A stretch of 64,000 nucleotides of DNA from an uncultured Candidatus Saccharibacteria bacterium (GTDB taxonomy: Bacteria > Patescibacteriota > SOKK01): positions 25,508 through 89,507 of the forward strand of contig CAZFJP010000003.1 in assembly GCA_964518965.1 (NCBI GenBank), read 5' to 3'. The stretch's first letter is position 1. The number at the start of each line of letters is the position of its first letter. The notes under the pieces were generated by a model, which had not been told where the DNA came from, made no database searches, and saw nothing but the letters and a program-made list of their open reading frames with translations. The position numbers were made by a program, and so were the translations under genes. Shown one piece after another: positions 62,834 through 64,000 of this stretch.

Positions 62834-63586
62834 ATGAACTCATTTAAAGATATTGCTTATCAAATTTTAAAAGAGGCGGGAAAACCTTTACATAGTAAAG
62901 AGATTACTAAAATTGCTTTAAAACGAGGTTGGCTTAAGACCAGTGGTAAAACTCCAGAAGCGACAATGAATGCCCAATTAATTGTGGATATAAACACTAG
63001 AAAAGGAGAATCGCGTTTTATAAAAACTGGCCCTTCTATTTTTGCTTTAAACCCAAATAAAAGTGCGGTTGTAAAACCAGAAACGCTTAAGGTTTATCTT
63101 CCAAACCTTAAAATCGGCGGAAAACAAAAAGGAGATATCGCTGAGGCAAGAATAGCAGAAATTATTTTGCTTTATAGTAAAGAACCCGGTCTTTCTTGCT
63201 ATAAACCCCTTTCTGACGATGAGGGAATAGATTTAATTGTTAAAACAAAAGGAGAATTTAAAACAATGTTTTTACAGATTAAAAGTCGGTTTGGTATAGA
63301 ACCAAATTTGGTTTATACAGCGACAGTTAAAAGAAAAACTTTAATCGATAATTATTCAATGGCCTTGGTTTTTTGCTATTTTGATTTATCAGATGGGGAT
63401 TTATGGGATTATCTTTGGTTTGTGCCGGCTCCTGATTTTATTAAAATGGCAAATCAACTTCAAGGTGGAAAAATGCTGGGCTTCGTGGCTGGAAGAAAAA
63501 AGAAAGAGTCAAATAAATGGGACCGGTATTTGATTGACAAAAGAGATTTGGCAAGAGTTATTGTGGGACAAATGAGAAGGATTTGA
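62834..63586 (+). CDS. Mrr-like restriction endonuclease: N-terminal winged-helix (HARE-HTH/Mrr_N-like) plus a C-terminal PD-(D/E)xK-type domain with a D...QxK variant
   Basis: N-terminus FKDIAYQILKEAGKPLHSKEITKIALKRGW. C-terminus ...DDEGIDLIVK...FLQIKSR. The start is chosen at the internal Met; the ORF track starts at 62777. Confidence 0.5.
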   Translation: MNSFKDIAYQILKEAGKPLHSKEITKIALKRGWLKTSGKTPEATMNAQLIVDINTRKGESRFIKTGPSIFALNPNKSAVVKPETLKVYLPNLKIGGKQKGDIAEARIAEIILLYSKEPGLSCYKPLSDDEGIDLIVKTKGEFKTMFLQIKSRFGIEPNLVYTATVKRKTLIDNYSMALVFCYFDLSDGDLWDYLWFVPAPDFIKMANQLQGGKMLGFVAGRKKKESNKWDRYLIDKRDLARVIVGQMRRI

Positions 63587-63756
63587 AATAATTACGGAGT
63601 AATAAAAAACGATTGAATTTAATCCTAAAATTAAAAAAGCTAATTAAAGAAATTAAAGAATTAACGAATTAACGGATTAAAAGATTGACTAATTAACTAA
63701 TTAAAAGATTAATGAATTACGAATTGAAAGACTGTAATATGCTAAAATTAATTTCT

Positions 63757-64000
63757 ATGAATAGAAAAATTTTGATTTTAGGGGTTGGTTTTTTGGTTTT
63801 GGGTCTTCTTTTTTATTTTTTAAGACAGAATTTCGTTCAAAAAAATTCCCAAGAGAAACAAATCACAGGAATAGCAAATCCGGCTTCTGTTTATTGTGAA
63901 AAAGAAGGAGGGAAATTAGAAATTAGAAAAGATAAAGATGGCAATGAAAAAGGATTTTGTATTTTTGAGGATGGTTCGGAGTGTGAGGAATGGGATTTTT
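63757..64000 (+). CDS. DUF333-like small secreted/lipoprotein (3'-partial, runs off the window)
   Basis: Signal/TM segment, then NPASVYCEKEGGKLEIRKDKDGNEKGFCIFEDGSECEEWDF, which is the DUF333 pattern. Confidence 0.45.
   Translation, partial: MNRKILILGVGFLVLGLLFYFLRQNFVQKNSQEKQITGIANPASVYCEKEGGKLEIRKDKDGNEKGFCIFEDGSECEEWDF

Overview
This 64 kb window is AT-rich (roughly 38-40% GC by eye) and densely coded. It looks like a small-genome Gram-positive-type bacterium, most likely Patescibacteria/CPR. This is an inference from DUF4012 proteins, sortase-like substrates, compact housekeeping content and many stand-alone tRNAs.

The window opens with a cluster of membrane-anchored surface proteins. 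It includes a cohesin-bearing protein sitting directly next to a dockerin-bearing protein. A tRNA array of seven genes follows, then housekeeping and envelope genes: tsaC, udk, a site-2 protease, rpmB, an OppA-like substrate-binding protein, ftsX with a PcsB-like coiled-coil/CHAP hydrolase, an RlpA-like protein, rsmA, uppP, DedA, a YhhQ-like transporter, FtsW/RodA, ThpR, pcm, secD, rpmG, and an lgt - TraR/DksA-like - lspA cluster.

Stable RNAs called from conserved motifs are a tmRNA (minus strand), an RNase P RNA (minus strand) and 13 intact tRNAs.

Other loci include an ArsR / thioredoxin-like / CcdA::DUF318 redox-permease cluster and two GC-rich islands (28.6-30.5 kb and 36.8-40.6 kb). The second island carries two paralogous secreted proteins behind a duplicated ~190 nt promoter + leader + signal-peptide cassette. 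There is also a giant DUF11 surface protein, a secreted Amidase_2 protein with four repeats bearing a 'DSNGSADDDDLK' motif, and a surface-polysaccharide locus (WbaP-like primer, two GT4, DUF4012). A candidate two-gene restriction-modification or defence pair sits near the end: a 1080 aa gamma-class N6-adenine methyltransferase protein plus an Mrr-like nuclease.

The most unusual content is tRNA-associated:
- 5' tRNA fragments that begin exactly at tRNA position +1 are each followed by a CCGCC...GGCGG hairpin module.
- A complete tRNA-Pro(CGG) is nested inside the anticodon loop of a second, otherwise intact-looking tRNA-Pro(CGG).
- AU-rich inverted-repeat tracts bracket tRNA genes.
- A conserved palindrome family sits directly 3' of the tmRNA and RNase P RNA genes.

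No CRISPR array, integrase, transposase or rRNA was seen.
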